This document shows, piece by piece, positions 1 to 10,400 of a stretch of DNA of 64,000 nucleotides. The translations under genes and the position numbers were made by a program. The stretch is taken from contig JAAOZP010000003.1 in NCBI GenBank assembly GCA_011605725.1, positions 9,032 through 73,031 of the forward strand, read 5' to 3'. Numbering within the stretch: position 1 is the stretch's first letter; each line of letters opens with the position of its first letter. This stretch comes from Nitrososphaerota archaeon. GTDB taxonomy: Archaea > Thermoproteota > EX4484-205 > JAAOZP01. The notes beneath the pieces are model-generated. The model did no database searches and had not been told where the DNA came from. It saw only the letters and a list, made by a program, of their open reading frames with translations.

Positions 1-2
1 TG

Positions 3-329
3 TTGATCCACTGGTCAACCTTCGCCAGAGAAATCCTTGCCAAGTATAAGAGTCTTGTAGAATGGGCTAAGAAAGAGGCTCCGAAGGAAGTCGGCAGCGT
101 CATGAAAGGGTTAAAGTACGACATGCTTAAGCCAGACGAGAAGACGGGGAAAATGGTTGTGGAGGAAACTGGGAGAACATTCTTCGGCGGCAGGACGACT
201 GTTAAAACGTTAAGAATCTGGCATGACTCAGGCTCCAACAGAATATTCTTAACAGGCTACTCAGGTCCCAGGGATAGCATGACCGACCTTGAGGAGCTTG
301 AGAAAAGCATAGTGTTTAAGCCTGACTAG
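3..329 (+). CDS. Hypothetical protein, possibly 5'-truncated by the window edge.
   Basis: ORF of 108 codons at the window start. Its coding-like composition matches the downstream genes. No recognisable motif. Confidence 0.35.
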   Translation: MIHWSTFAREILAKYKSLVEWAKKEAPKEVGSVMKGLKYDMLKPDEKTGKMVVEETGRTFFGGRTTVKTLRIWHDSGSNRIFLTGYSGPRDSMTDLEELEKSIVFKPD

Positions 330-339
330 GTGAATAAGA

Positions 340-909
340 ATGCCTCTGTTTGGAAGAAAAAAGAAGGAGCCTCCAAGGGTTTCGCCGGAGAGGCTTTACA
401 GGAGCATACCTATCGTAAGCCCGGTGGTGAAGCATGAGGAGGATGCTGACGGCATCGTCACAATCCTTATTCCCATTCGAACCGGCGACCCTAAGAATCC
501 TGAAAGAACAGCGAGAATAAGGCTTGACGAAATAGGAAGCAAGGTTTGGAAGAAAATAGATGGGAAAACACCGCTTAACGAAATAGTCCAGTGGATGAAG
601 CAGGAATTCATGTTGACGGAGAGAGAGGCAGAGGTCTCGCTGTCAATGTTCATGAAAAGCCTTGTCGACAAGAAGCTTGTGGCACTCGCCCTGCCGCCGC
701 CAAAACCAGGAACACCCGAGGTTCAGGAGGAGATTGAAAGAATAAGGTTTGAAATAGAGGAGCTTGAAAAAGCCTTTAAAAAGAAGAAGGTTGATGAGAA
801 AACATTCAGAGAGCTTAAGGAGAAATACGAGCAGGCGATTAGAGAGCTTAAGGAGAAGGAGGCTGCTGAAACCAAGCCCCCGGATAAAACACAGGTTAAG
901 CCAAGCTGA
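340..909 (+). CDS. PqqD-like (RiPP recognition element-type) domain protein with a charged coiled-coil C-terminal tail.
   Basis: The N-terminal ~95 aa match the PqqD-family pattern (…LDEIGSKVWKKIDGKTPLNEIVQWMKQEF…EAEVSLSMFMKSLVDKKLV). The C-terminus is a K/E-rich heptad-like tail (EIERIRFEIEELEKAFKKKK…). Confidence 0.5.
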   Translation: MPLFGRKKKEPPRVSPERLYRSIPIVSPVVKHEEDADGIVTILIPIRTGDPKNPERTARIRLDEIGSKVWKKIDGKTPLNEIVQWMKQEFMLTEREAEVSLSMFMKSLVDKKLVALALPPPKPGTPEVQEEIERIRFEIEELEKAFKKKKVDEKTFRELKEKYEQAIRELKEKEAAETKPPDKTQVKPS

Positions 910-957
910 CGCGCTGCTTATCGAAGCGCTTATTTAGCTTTTCAACATTCCTCTACC

Positions 958-1974
958 GTGGTAAGAAGCCTACGACTATGGAACTTCAGAGGCGTGGAGA
1001 AGGGCGAAGTTAGGCTTGCCCCTTTCACAATTATTCTAGGCGGCAACAACTCGGGTAAGACAACTATTCTCGAAGCCCTGTTCCTCGCGCCAAATCCTTT
1101 CCGCAGAGCCCCCTATTCCGGGGTTGACGTTGCCGTCAAGATTCTTCAAGAAACACACAGGGTTTTTGAAAACACGGGCTACTTCTTCCTTTTCCACAAC
1201 TATACTTCGAGCGAGGCGAGAATCAAGTGCGACAGCCACGTCATAAGCTTCCTCAGGGATGATGAAACAATTTACGTCACTACGAACAAGAGTGACGCTG
1301 GCGAATGCTTAATGCTTAAAGGGAAGCCGGCTAATGTTTTAGGAAAACTGTCTTTCACGCTTACCAACATAGTCTCCATGTATGTTAACGATAAGGTGAC
1401 TAAGGAGGATTCTCTGCTTCTCAGCCCAAGCCTTACAAGAATGAGTTACGACTATGTGAGGATAAACTGGCCTCTCCTCGCCCACAGTAATGTTTGCAGC
1501 AGGATCGCTGAAGAACTGTCTCGACTCCCCGGTGGAAAATGCGTCGACATAACCATGGAGCCCTTCTTCAAAGGAGGAGTATCGATAAACCTCCTTCTTG
1601 AAGAAGAGAAGAGGATAAGGCTTAGCGATGCTGGAACAGGGGTTCAGAACTACGTTATAGCGAGAATTCTTTACGAGTTGAAGAAGCCGGAGATACTGCT
1701 CTGGGACGATGTGGATAATGGTCTTGACCCGGCTACGCTTTTAAGCGTTGCACGCTGGTTCTCCAGTCTCGTGGAAAAAGGCACCCAGGTAATCGTAACC
1801 ACCCGGAGCCCTGAAGCCGCGAGAAGGATTGCTGAAGCCGCCGGAGGCAGGCCGACAATACTTTTAAGCATCCTTAAGGAAGGCAAGCTTGAAACCAGAA
1901 GACTGCTGGAGACTGAGCTGGATGATGGAATACTGGAGGCGGAAAAACCGTCGAAAAGCCTGCGTGCCGCTTAG
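958..1974 (+). CDS. ABC/SMC-like P-loop ATPase of the AAA_21/AAA_15 type.
   Basis: Walker A GGNNSGKTTILEALF. Signature-like LSDAGTGVQ. Walker B ILLWDDVDNGLDP. H-loop region VIVTTRSPEA. GTG start in the ORF track. Confidence 0.6.
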   Translation: MVRSLRLWNFRGVEKGEVRLAPFTIILGGNNSGKTTILEALFLAPNPFRRAPYSGVDVAVKILQETHRVFENTGYFFLFHNYTSSEARIKCDSHVISFLRDDETIYVTTNKSDAGECLMLKGKPANVLGKLSFTLTNIVSMYVNDKVTKEDSLLLSPSLTRMSYDYVRINWPLLAHSNVCSRIAEELSRLPGGKCVDITMEPFFKGGVSINLLLEEEKRIRLSDAGTGVQNYVIARILYELKKPEILLWDDVDNGLDPATLLSVARWFSSLVEKGTQVIVTTRSPEAARRIAEAAGGRPTILLSILKEGKLETRRLLETELDDGILEAEKPSKSLRAA

Positions 1975-2296
1975 GCTTGAAACCTCACGACTTAGAATAA
2001 GTTTAGACAGGACAGGTTGCTCAAAAATGGGGGATAATTTCTTCCTGCGTTTACTCGGCGGTGAGACTCTCCACATCATTGAAAAACCATCAGCATACTC
2101 TTAAACTTAGTTTGCCAACTCCTCGGATGAAACTAGCGTGCGCTACGGGTCAACCGGTTGGTTTATTTTAGCGACACGACAGTAAGTCATGATATTTTAT
2201 TTCATTTTCTACACGATACTTGATACGTTTTTCCCCAGATTAAAAAACTTTAAAAGTTGCTCAAAGAGGGCACTATAACTTTGATGACGAGCTCTT

Positions 2297-3979
2297 ATGA
2301 AGCGTCAAGCATTGTCCTTTTTATCACTGATGTTCCTGGCAATAATGATTTCCTATTTCGTTTACTCATTGTGGAGGGTTGAGCATATGAAAGAGTCACA
2401 GACTTTAATAAGAAGAATCGAATTAATGCCTTCTACTCCTGAACCGTTTGTCATGAAAAACTGGAAGGAGCTTACTAAAGCATACATCCGTTTCGTCTTC
2501 AACTTCAACCTTACCGGTGAGTACTTGCCCTTAATAAGGCTAGATAAATCTGACCCGGACGCTATTTCCTTCGACCTGCCGTCTTACATCGGCGATTCTA
2601 GGATGCGTGAAGGCTCTGGAGAAGCAATTAATTGCGTAGCAGCAGTGTTGAGTGGCACGCTTATCGGTATTAACATGAGTAACTATAATGGTTATGACTG
2701 GGTTTCAATGTGTAAAAGCTGGTTCAGTAAGGAAGACGGTATATTTCTCAATGCTAAGAGAGGGCAAAGCGGAGGGTCTTTCTGGTATGACATATATCCA
2801 AACATATTGATTTTTTCCCTAGTATACTACTATCCGGAAGCAGCGCCTTCATGGAATTCGACTCTGTATAATGCGGCTGAAAGTTTTTACAAGGCTTCCC
2901 AAATTATTCGCACACGATACAATGATTCAGATTTTGACTTCACCGCGTTCGATTTCCGCGGAATGATACCCGTTAATAACGGAAGATGGGTGGAACCGGA
3001 TGCAGCGGCAGGAATCGCATGGCTGGAGTACATGGCTTACGTGAAATGGGGCAATCCGCGTTTTCTGGATGCTGCGAAGTGGAACATGCAGTTCCTCCAA
3101 GAGAGGAAAATTAATCCTTTCTACGAAGTGTTGCTTCCCTTCGGAGCCTATACTGCTGCACGCATGAATGCAGAGCTCAGAACAAACTACGATGTGCAAA
3201 AGCTTTTGAACTGGTGTTTTGACGGCGAGACCCCGATAGGCCCAAGACCCGGATGGGGTGTTATAGTCGGCAAGTGGGGTGATTACGATGTCAATGGATT
3301 AGTAGGTAGTCTTACAGACGGCGGCGGTTATGCTTTTGCAATGAATACCTTCGACATGGCTCTGCCACTGGTACCCCTAGTACGTTACAACACTAGTTTC
3401 GCCAAGGATATAGGCAAGTGGCTGCTTAATGCTGCGAACAATGCTCGATTGTTTTATCCGGATTCACTCCCGGAAAGCCATCAATCCTCCTCATCATGGA
3501 GATATAGCAACGTTGTTGCGTATGAAGGATTGCGATACATATGGAATGGGAAGAGTCCCTACGCGATGGGTGACCCCATTCTCCATGGCTGGGGCGCTAC
3601 TGACCTGGGTCTTTACGGGTCTTCCCATGTGGGAGTGTTCGGCGGAATCATTAGTCTTACTGATGATGAGAAAATACTTCAAATAGACCTCCTTAAAACA
3701 GATATGTATCACGGTCCTGCTTACCCAACATACCTTTATTATAATCCTTATGATGTTGAGAAAAGTGTAAAGATAGAAGTTGGTTCTGAGCCGGTGGACA
3801 TTTACTGCGCTGTTACACATAGGTTTTTAGGAAGGAGTGTAACAGGCACTGGGGTGATTACGCTTCCGCCGGACTCGGCTGCAGTGATTATACTAGTGCC
3901 GTCTGGGGGTCAGGTTGAATATTCTAACGGAAGAATGCTTGTGAACGGGATCATCGTAGACTATGAATGTGAAAGTTAA
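2297..3979 (+). CDS. Membrane-anchored hypothetical protein, likely extracytoplasmic, function unknown (possibly glycan-active).
   Basis: 560-aa ORF. N-terminal hydrophobic anchor LSFLSLMFLAIMISYFVYSLW followed by a large soluble domain rich in W/Y/G. No diagnostic catalytic motif recognised. Confidence 0.45.
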   Translation: MKRQALSFLSLMFLAIMISYFVYSLWRVEHMKESQTLIRRIELMPSTPEPFVMKNWKELTKAYIRFVFNFNLTGEYLPLIRLDKSDPDAISFDLPSYIGDSRMREGSGEAINCVAAVLSGTLIGINMSNYNGYDWVSMCKSWFSKEDGIFLNAKRGQSGGSFWYDIYPNILIFSLVYYYPEAAPSWNSTLYNAAESFYKASQIIRTRYNDSDFDFTAFDFRGMIPVNNGRWVEPDAAAGIAWLEYMAYVKWGNPRFLDAAKWNMQFLQERKINPFYEVLLPFGAYTAARMNAELRTNYDVQKLLNWCFDGETPIGPRPGWGVIVGKWGDYDVNGLVGSLTDGGGYAFAMNTFDMALPLVPLVRYNTSFAKDIGKWLLNAANNARLFYPDSLPESHQSSSSWRYSNVVAYEGLRYIWNGKSPYAMGDPILHGWGATDLGLYGSSHVGVFGGIISLTDDEKILQIDLLKTDMYHGPAYPTYLYYNPYDVEKSVKIEVGSEPVDIYCAVTHRFLGRSVTGTGVITLPPDSAAVIILVPSGGQVEYSNGRMLVNGIIVDYECES

Positions 3980-4027
3980 AGTGCTGAAAGCTTTATATTG
4001 CTGATAAAAAGAATCATATAGCCAAGA

Positions 4028-5335
4028 TTGCCAAAACAGATCAGGTTCGACGAGAAAGATAAAGTTATTCTCTCGATCCTGTATGAAGACGCTCGCCTTA
4101 AAAACAGGCAGATCGCTTTAAAAACCAATCTTAGCCAAGCCACTGTCGCCAGAAGAATCAATAAAATGAAAAAAATGCAGATTATAAAAAGGGTTGTTCC
4201 CATAATTGATTATAAAAAAATAGGCAAGACTTCTGCATGCTTCATCCTGCTCGATTTAAAGAACTGCGATGCCGACAGCTTGATGAAATACTTGGAAAAT
4301 GCTGAGGAAGTAATATGTTTGTACCTTCTTGAAGGAGAAAAAATGCTTTTAAAAACTGTTTTTGAAAACAGATCGGCTTTAAATAATTTTGTCGACAAGA
4401 TTAAAAGGTTTTTCGGAAGCAACATCGACAGTCTTTACGAGGTCAGATCCATCCTGATTGAGGAGAAATGTCCCTTCCAAGGCGTTTCAGAGTTGAGGGC
4501 TGAAACTCATTATGAGGATCAGTCGAAAATAACGCTAAGCAACAGTAGGATTAGGCTCACTGTAGATTTAGGCAAGGGTGGAATAATAGACGAAATAGTT
4601 CCCACGAACATGAGTAGCATAAACCTGGCTTTTCCCGAGCTTGGCCTGCTTTTCGACACTTTTATAGAAACCCAGTTTTGGCTGGACGAGCTTCAAATAA
4701 CTAAGCCCTACTACAATATAAAAAGGGATGAGAACTGGATGGAGCTAAACTTCAGAAAATCAGTTAAAGCGATTTCTGCGTTAAGAGGTTTAGAGATAAC
4801 TAAGACAATTCGTTTAGAAAAAAACTTGAACGAGGCTAAGATCAAGTATTTACTGGTCAATAATGGTGGAGCTGAAAAAACATTGACGCTTTGGGTTTGC
4901 AACTATCTTGACGCCTCACTATTCTCAGAGCTGATAATCCCGTCGGCTGACGGCGTTAAAAAAATAAAGGTTGTGAACGATTCGAGCAGAGGCTTTTTCA
5001 CAGTTTCGGAGAAAGAGCTGAATGAGCTGGTGGGGAAATACTGGCGGGATGAATGGGGCTTATTCGTCCACCCCGAGAAGCCTGTAGATAGAGCTGGCTA
5101 TTTCAGTAAGCTTTTAAAAATCATCCTAATGTTTCACTTCGACCCGAAGCAAGTGTGGGTTGTTAAGAGGTTTTGGGGAGAGAAATACGTTAGTCTAGAA
5201 CTACTGTTCAACCCAGCCTCCATGCGGCCGGGGGAGACTGCTCAATACGAATTCAACATCCGCTTGTTATCAAGCAGAAAAGACTATTCTGATGAGTTTC
5301 ACGGTAATTTGTTTCATTTTTCCCCGGATATTTGA
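4028..5335 (+). CDS. Lrp/AsnC-family transcriptional regulator (HTH plus RAM domain) fused to a ~285-aa C-terminal domain of unknown function.
   Basis: The N-terminus (DEKDKVILSILYEDARLKNRQIALKTNLSQATVARRINKM…) is a typical Lrp/AsnC HTH. Residues ~60-150 resemble the RAM/ACT-like ligand domain. The long C-terminal extension has no recognised motif. TTG start in the track. Confidence 0.55.
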   Translation: MPKQIRFDEKDKVILSILYEDARLKNRQIALKTNLSQATVARRINKMKKMQIIKRVVPIIDYKKIGKTSACFILLDLKNCDADSLMKYLENAEEVICLYLLEGEKMLLKTVFENRSALNNFVDKIKRFFGSNIDSLYEVRSILIEEKCPFQGVSELRAETHYEDQSKITLSNSRIRLTVDLGKGGIIDEIVPTNMSSINLAFPELGLLFDTFIETQFWLDELQITKPYYNIKRDENWMELNFRKSVKAISALRGLEITKTIRLEKNLNEAKIKYLLVNNGGAEKTLTLWVCNYLDASLFSELIIPSADGVKKIKVVNDSSRGFFTVSEKELNELVGKYWRDEWGLFVHPEKPVDRAGYFSKLLKIILMFHFDPKQVWVVKRFWGEKYVSLELLFNPASMRPGETAQYEFNIRLLSSRKDYSDEFHGNLFHFSPDI

Positions 5336-5351
5336 CACATTTTTTCCTTAA

Positions 5352-7427
5352 TTGAAAAAACTTAAAAAAACATCAAAAGTATTAACAACGGTAAAAATGA
5401 GCCAGGAAGCTGGCGTACAAACGTATGAGGAAGGGGGGGCAAAAACTGTTCTAGCAAAATTCCCGTTACGTGCCTTCATAATAGGCCTTATACTGGCAGT
5501 GATTTCGACCATGCTCTGGGTTGCGCATACTCGTGCCAACTTGACCTACAATATACCTTGGGCAGGCTTAGCTGCAGGAGGAATAGACTTCACACTGTTC
5601 ATAGGATACGGTTTCGCTTCCCTAATAGTTCTACCAATCATCCTGTCTAAAATCGGCGTAAAACTTACTCCTACGGAATACGCTATCATATACATAATGG
5701 TTCTAATCGGATGGACTGGGCCTGCTCTTTTCTGGATGTGGGGCGTCCAAATATGGACTGTCTGGACATGGAGCGGAGGAGTCGTGGCAAAAGAACTTGC
5801 ATTAACCGGGAAAATACCTGCCTACTGGTATGTTTTGAACGAGAAACAGGCAGAATGGTTCTTCTCAGGCGGGCCTTTCATATTGAGCGAAATCTCTAGT
5901 CCAATACTCTTCTGGAGCGTAATGGCCATATGTGAAGGACTCATGACGTTCTTCCTAGCTCTGATCTTCAGAAGGAAATGGGTTGAAACCGAAAGCCTAC
6001 CTTTCCCATTCGCCTCCTCAGCAGTAATGCTGGTAAACATGACTGAAGAAGCTCAAGACAAGCCCGGTATTAAAATGGCGAGAGAAAGGCTACTCTGGAT
6101 CGCGTTCCTAATCGCAGTGCTGGCTTACGGGTTCAACATAATACATGCTTTCATTCCAACAATACCGCGGATTCCAATAGATGAAATCGATCTGAATCCT
6201 TGGGGTGGGGGGAACATTGGAGTCAACCTGGATTTAACACCGACGTTTAAAGGCGCGATGATCGTTCTAAACTTCAATCCTCTGCTTATAGCAGCATTAT
6301 TCCTCCTGCCGCTCGACATCCTGTTAACCACGTGGGTAGCAATGGTTGTGTTTCAATGGATATGGCCTGCCGTCGGGATCTCTACAGGCTTGTTCCCAGA
6401 TATCTCGGCGCAAGGCGCTTGGAGCGTATGGTGGGCACTTGGAAACGAATGGTCCGGAGCAATCTGGTATTTACTTGGATATGGCTTTATACAGGGAGTG
6501 GCAATATGGGTGATAATATCGAGTCGAAAATACTTTTCCAGCCTAATCTCCTCAGCCATCAAGGGAGACGCTGAATCCCGCATCGGCCTCTTCGGCTTCA
6601 TAGGCATAACCGTGATATGGCTACTCATCATGTTTGCGCAAGGCGCTAATCCATTGGTTATAACACTTTCAGTAGTCTATTTCCTCCTCGTCTACTTGGG
6701 AATGATGAGGTACCGTACGGAGTCTTCCCCCGCCGGCGGCGGCTTCTGGTGGTGGAACTGGACTAACGGAGTCTTCTCAAAAATAGGTAACTGGCCGATA
6801 GGATCGCCTGAAGCATATGTAACAATGAACCTAACGTCTCCAATGGGTGCAGGCCCAGGCAATATACAGTATGCACTATTATCAACAGATATTGTGCATA
6901 TTTCATCACAGTTCAAGATGGATGTCAAACACCTGTGTTTAATCGTTGTCTTAACCACAGTGATCACCGTGATTTTCGGAGGCATATTCTATGCCTGGTG
7001 GGGCTACGCTGGTTTAAGAGGCCTCGGATGGCTTAACGACCAGCAAACCTTCGCGATAGACCTTGGGTATGCGATTTATAAGAGTGGAACATCGTTCAAA
7101 CTAACTGTCTGGGAGCCAACATACATTCCTTACATTGCTGGAGTCGTCTTGGCGGTGATACTCATGTGGCTTAAAGCGACTTTCGCAACAATCCCGTTCA
7201 ACCCGTTAGGTTTAATAATGGGCTGCATGTACATGTGGCCATGGGTTTTCACGTCAGTGCTGATAGCTTGGCTGGCAAAGTACATAATCTTCAAAACAGG
7301 AGGAACCCCATTATACCAGAGGCTTCTCCCCGGTGCAATAGGTTTCATAGGTGGTTATTGGTTTGTGAAACTAGTCATGTGGTTCATAGTCCGCCTCTTC
7401 ATAGGATTACAGCTACCGCCCCCATAG
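5352..7427 (+). CDS. Polytopic integral membrane protein (more than 12 predicted TM segments), first gene of the membrane operon.
   Basis: 691 aa. Many hydrophobic W/F/G-rich helices (e.g. GGGFWWWNWTNG). The next gene starts 56 bp downstream on the same strand. Confidence 0.5.
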   Translation: MKKLKKTSKVLTTVKMSQEAGVQTYEEGGAKTVLAKFPLRAFIIGLILAVISTMLWVAHTRANLTYNIPWAGLAAGGIDFTLFIGYGFASLIVLPIILSKIGVKLTPTEYAIIYIMVLIGWTGPALFWMWGVQIWTVWTWSGGVVAKELALTGKIPAYWYVLNEKQAEWFFSGGPFILSEISSPILFWSVMAICEGLMTFFLALIFRRKWVETESLPFPFASSAVMLVNMTEEAQDKPGIKMARERLLWIAFLIAVLAYGFNIIHAFIPTIPRIPIDEIDLNPWGGGNIGVNLDLTPTFKGAMIVLNFNPLLIAALFLLPLDILLTTWVAMVVFQWIWPAVGISTGLFPDISAQGAWSVWWALGNEWSGAIWYLLGYGFIQGVAIWVIISSRKYFSSLISSAIKGDAESRIGLFGFIGITVIWLLIMFAQGANPLVITLSVVYFLLVYLGMMRYRTESSPAGGGFWWWNWTNGVFSKIGNWPIGSPEAYVTMNLTSPMGAGPGNIQYALLSTDIVHISSQFKMDVKHLCLIVVLTTVITVIFGGIFYAWWGYAGLRGLGWLNDQQTFAIDLGYAIYKSGTSFKLTVWEPTYIPYIAGVVLAVILMWLKATFATIPFNPLGLIMGCMYMWPWVFTSVLIAWLAKYIIFKTGGTPLYQRLLPGAIGFIGGYWFVKLVMWFIVRLFIGLQLPPP

Positions 7428-7482
7428 AAGCAAACATGTTTTTTTCAAACATCTATTCTTTTTCCGCTTTCTCCACTAAAAG

Positions 7483-10400
7483 GTGGTCGGCTTGAATAAG
7501 ATGAGAATATTACTCCTCACAATTCTTCTCATAGTGTTTTCCATGATGTTCCCCCCGGGCCCTCTAAATCCGTCGGGATTAGGAGAGGAGAGAGAGGATA
7601 GTAGCGTTATGCACACGAGCCTCCACAGCGTCATGCAAAAAGTTGATTTAAACGCTGTGGTGAACCATGTTTCTTACCTTTCCAGTCTGGATTCACGCGT
7701 CACGGGTTATCCCGGGTATGAAAAAGCCTGTGAATATGTTTACAGCAGGTTTGTCGAATACGGTTTATCAAACGTCTCATACCACTTCTATAATGTTGCA
7801 GTTCCTATTGATTACGAGACATACGTATTTCTCCCCTCTAAAGGTGTTAAACTCAAAGCTTATGCACTTTGGCCCAACGGTATACAGGCTAGTTCAATAA
7901 ATTTAACGGCGCCACTCGTCTACTGTGGGGACGGCGAGTGGAGAGATTTTGACGGAAAGAAGATAAACGGAAGCATAGTTCTTCTCGAGTTCAACAGCCG
8001 TGATAACTGGTTGAAGGCTTCTGAACTGGGAGCTAGAGCCGTTATCTTCATAGAGCCGGACGATACTTCTACCTCAGAGGCTCAGCTTAAGAAGCTTAAT
8101 TATGTTCCCCTCGATTTCCCAAGGCTCTACGTGAACAAGACAGCAGCGAAAATAATCCTTGACGAGCTTAAGCTTGAAGATAGTCTCACAGTACAGGTTT
8201 TCTCAAACATGAAGTATGAAAACATACGTGCAAAGAATGTAGTTGGCTTCATAAACGGGGTTGACCCTGATCCAGCGATACGCGAGCAAATAGTGTTGAT
8301 AGTTTCTCATTTCGACTCGGCCTCAGTGGTGCCGGCGCTCTCACCTGGAGCGAGCGAGGCAATCGGAGTGGCGGCGCTTCTTGAGCTTGCAAAGTTTTTC
8401 GCCGAAAACCCTGCTCCACGCACATTAATGTTTATCGCATTTTCAGGACACGGGGAGAACCTGATGGGTGCAAGGGCTTTCATGGGGGACATCGTATGGT
8501 TCGAAAAGAATGTTTCTCTCGCATCGAAGTTTGTCAGCGTGCTGGATATAGACATAACTGCTGAAACGGACTCCTCGGGATTCATGTTCTCCTTCATTGG
8601 AAACCAGGAGTCAAACAATTGGTATTCTGCATACTATCAAAGTTTCATCGAAAATGTTTCACAACTCTGGGTAGATCTGTATGCGAAAACATACAGGATA
8701 GAAGGATATCCTGGCATGCTTCCCGTAATGATAAGCCCGCTGAGCATCAGCTCTGAAGGAAACATCTTCGGCAGTTGCGGAATATTCTCAACCATTCAAA
8801 TAACAGGCCACTCTTGGTATCGGTATAGGGGTACACCTATCGATACGCTGGATAAATATGATTTTAACAACGTTAGGCCACAGGTGCAGGTTTTCTTTTT
8901 AAACGCTTACCTTCTTGCTAACTCTCTACCCAAAAAGCCTTTGCAACCGTTCAGCATCAGTTTCGCAAGGTTTCCACAGGGTAGCACTGTTGTGCAGGGC
9001 GGCGGATTCGGGCTTCTAGTTGGGAAAGTCGTGGAGTATGACATGGCGAAAGGGGAATACGAGCCTGTTCCAAACAGTATCGTCTTAATCAGATCTTCAA
9101 CAGGCAGCGAGTTTCAAGTGACGTTTACTAACGCTGAGGGCGTTTTCATTTATCCTGGAGCACGTCCACTAGCCCGTCAAGGCTACCCGTATTTTGTAGA
9201 AGCGTACACGATTAACAGCTCTACCAATTCAATACTGTACGCTCCAGATTACGGTAGGTATGTAGCATCCTACAGCAATTACATACAGGTTCCGATGGAG
9301 GGGTATCTGGGCACTTTAGAGCATCCGAGGCCTTTTGTTGTTTTCAAAGCGGGAAGCCTAGTACAGTATGATGTCTTGGCCACTGAGCAACTACTGTCGA
9401 CGATTAGCTTTTACTCTCGCGAATTAGGAATAACAGCTGGAACAATATCTCCAACGATATATGTAAACGATATTGGAACGCATGCTCCGCCTGATCATTA
9501 CAGCTGGATTGCGGAGAGTGCTGTCAGCATTGTTTTCGCAACCTCTTCGAAGCCTATCGAGGTAATAATTAAAGTTGGCTCGTCACCATTAGGCATGCTG
9601 ATTAACGCTACTCAAGAACATCCAGAGGGTTCAGGCATCAGGTTAAGGATTGGCGAACAGTTAAAAATCACCCACACGCCTTTAAAACTTGCAAATGATC
9701 TTCTTCTCCTCAACACTGCCCGTTTATCCAGTGCTAACTTAAAAGGATTATACACTGGGGCTGAGGACTATCATAGTCAGGCGTCAGCTTCCTTGGAAAA
9801 CGCTAAGACCGCTCTCAACAGGAATGAATACTCGCTTTTCTATGCGGAATGTATCGAATCCTGGTCTTTAAGCAAACAGGTTTATCAACTTGTTATGGAT
9901 AACATTAATTCCTCAGCAAGCACCGCTTCATTCCTATTTGCCTTCCTGATCCCATTCACACTGATCTTCGAAGGACTCTTCTTCTCCAATGTTAAAGCCT
10001 CCGCTAAGACTAGGTTTCTCAGGATAGTTGTAATCTTCGTTTCGATTCTAATGATCCTAGTGTTTTTCCATCCGGGTTTCAGAATCGCTTCAAGCATTTA
10101 CGTCTCCCTGCTCGGATTAACTATTCTAACTTTCACTCTCCCGGTAACGATAATTCTAATCTTGAACGCGGAAAGATTTCTTAGAGAAGTCAGAGTCAAG
10201 CTTATAGGAGAACACTATACTCGAGTGGGCAGGACAGCAGCCGTTTCTTTATCTTTCAACATGGGGATTTCACAGATGAGAAAGAGGACTTTAAGGACCT
10301 TCTTAGTGTTATTCTCGTTAATAGTAATAACTACGAGCACAGTCATGTTCACCTCCGTCTACCCGCTTACGATTGTAGGTAAGTATCCGAAGACAGGGCA

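Noticed and set aside
396-671. Nested antisense ORFs inside long genes (for example 396..671, 8307..8618, 12358..12624, 53021..53365 and 54699..55034).
   Set aside because: They lie entirely within and opposite to, or out of frame with, much longer ORFs that carry clear family motifs. Their sequences are low-complexity (S/L/P-rich) with no motifs.
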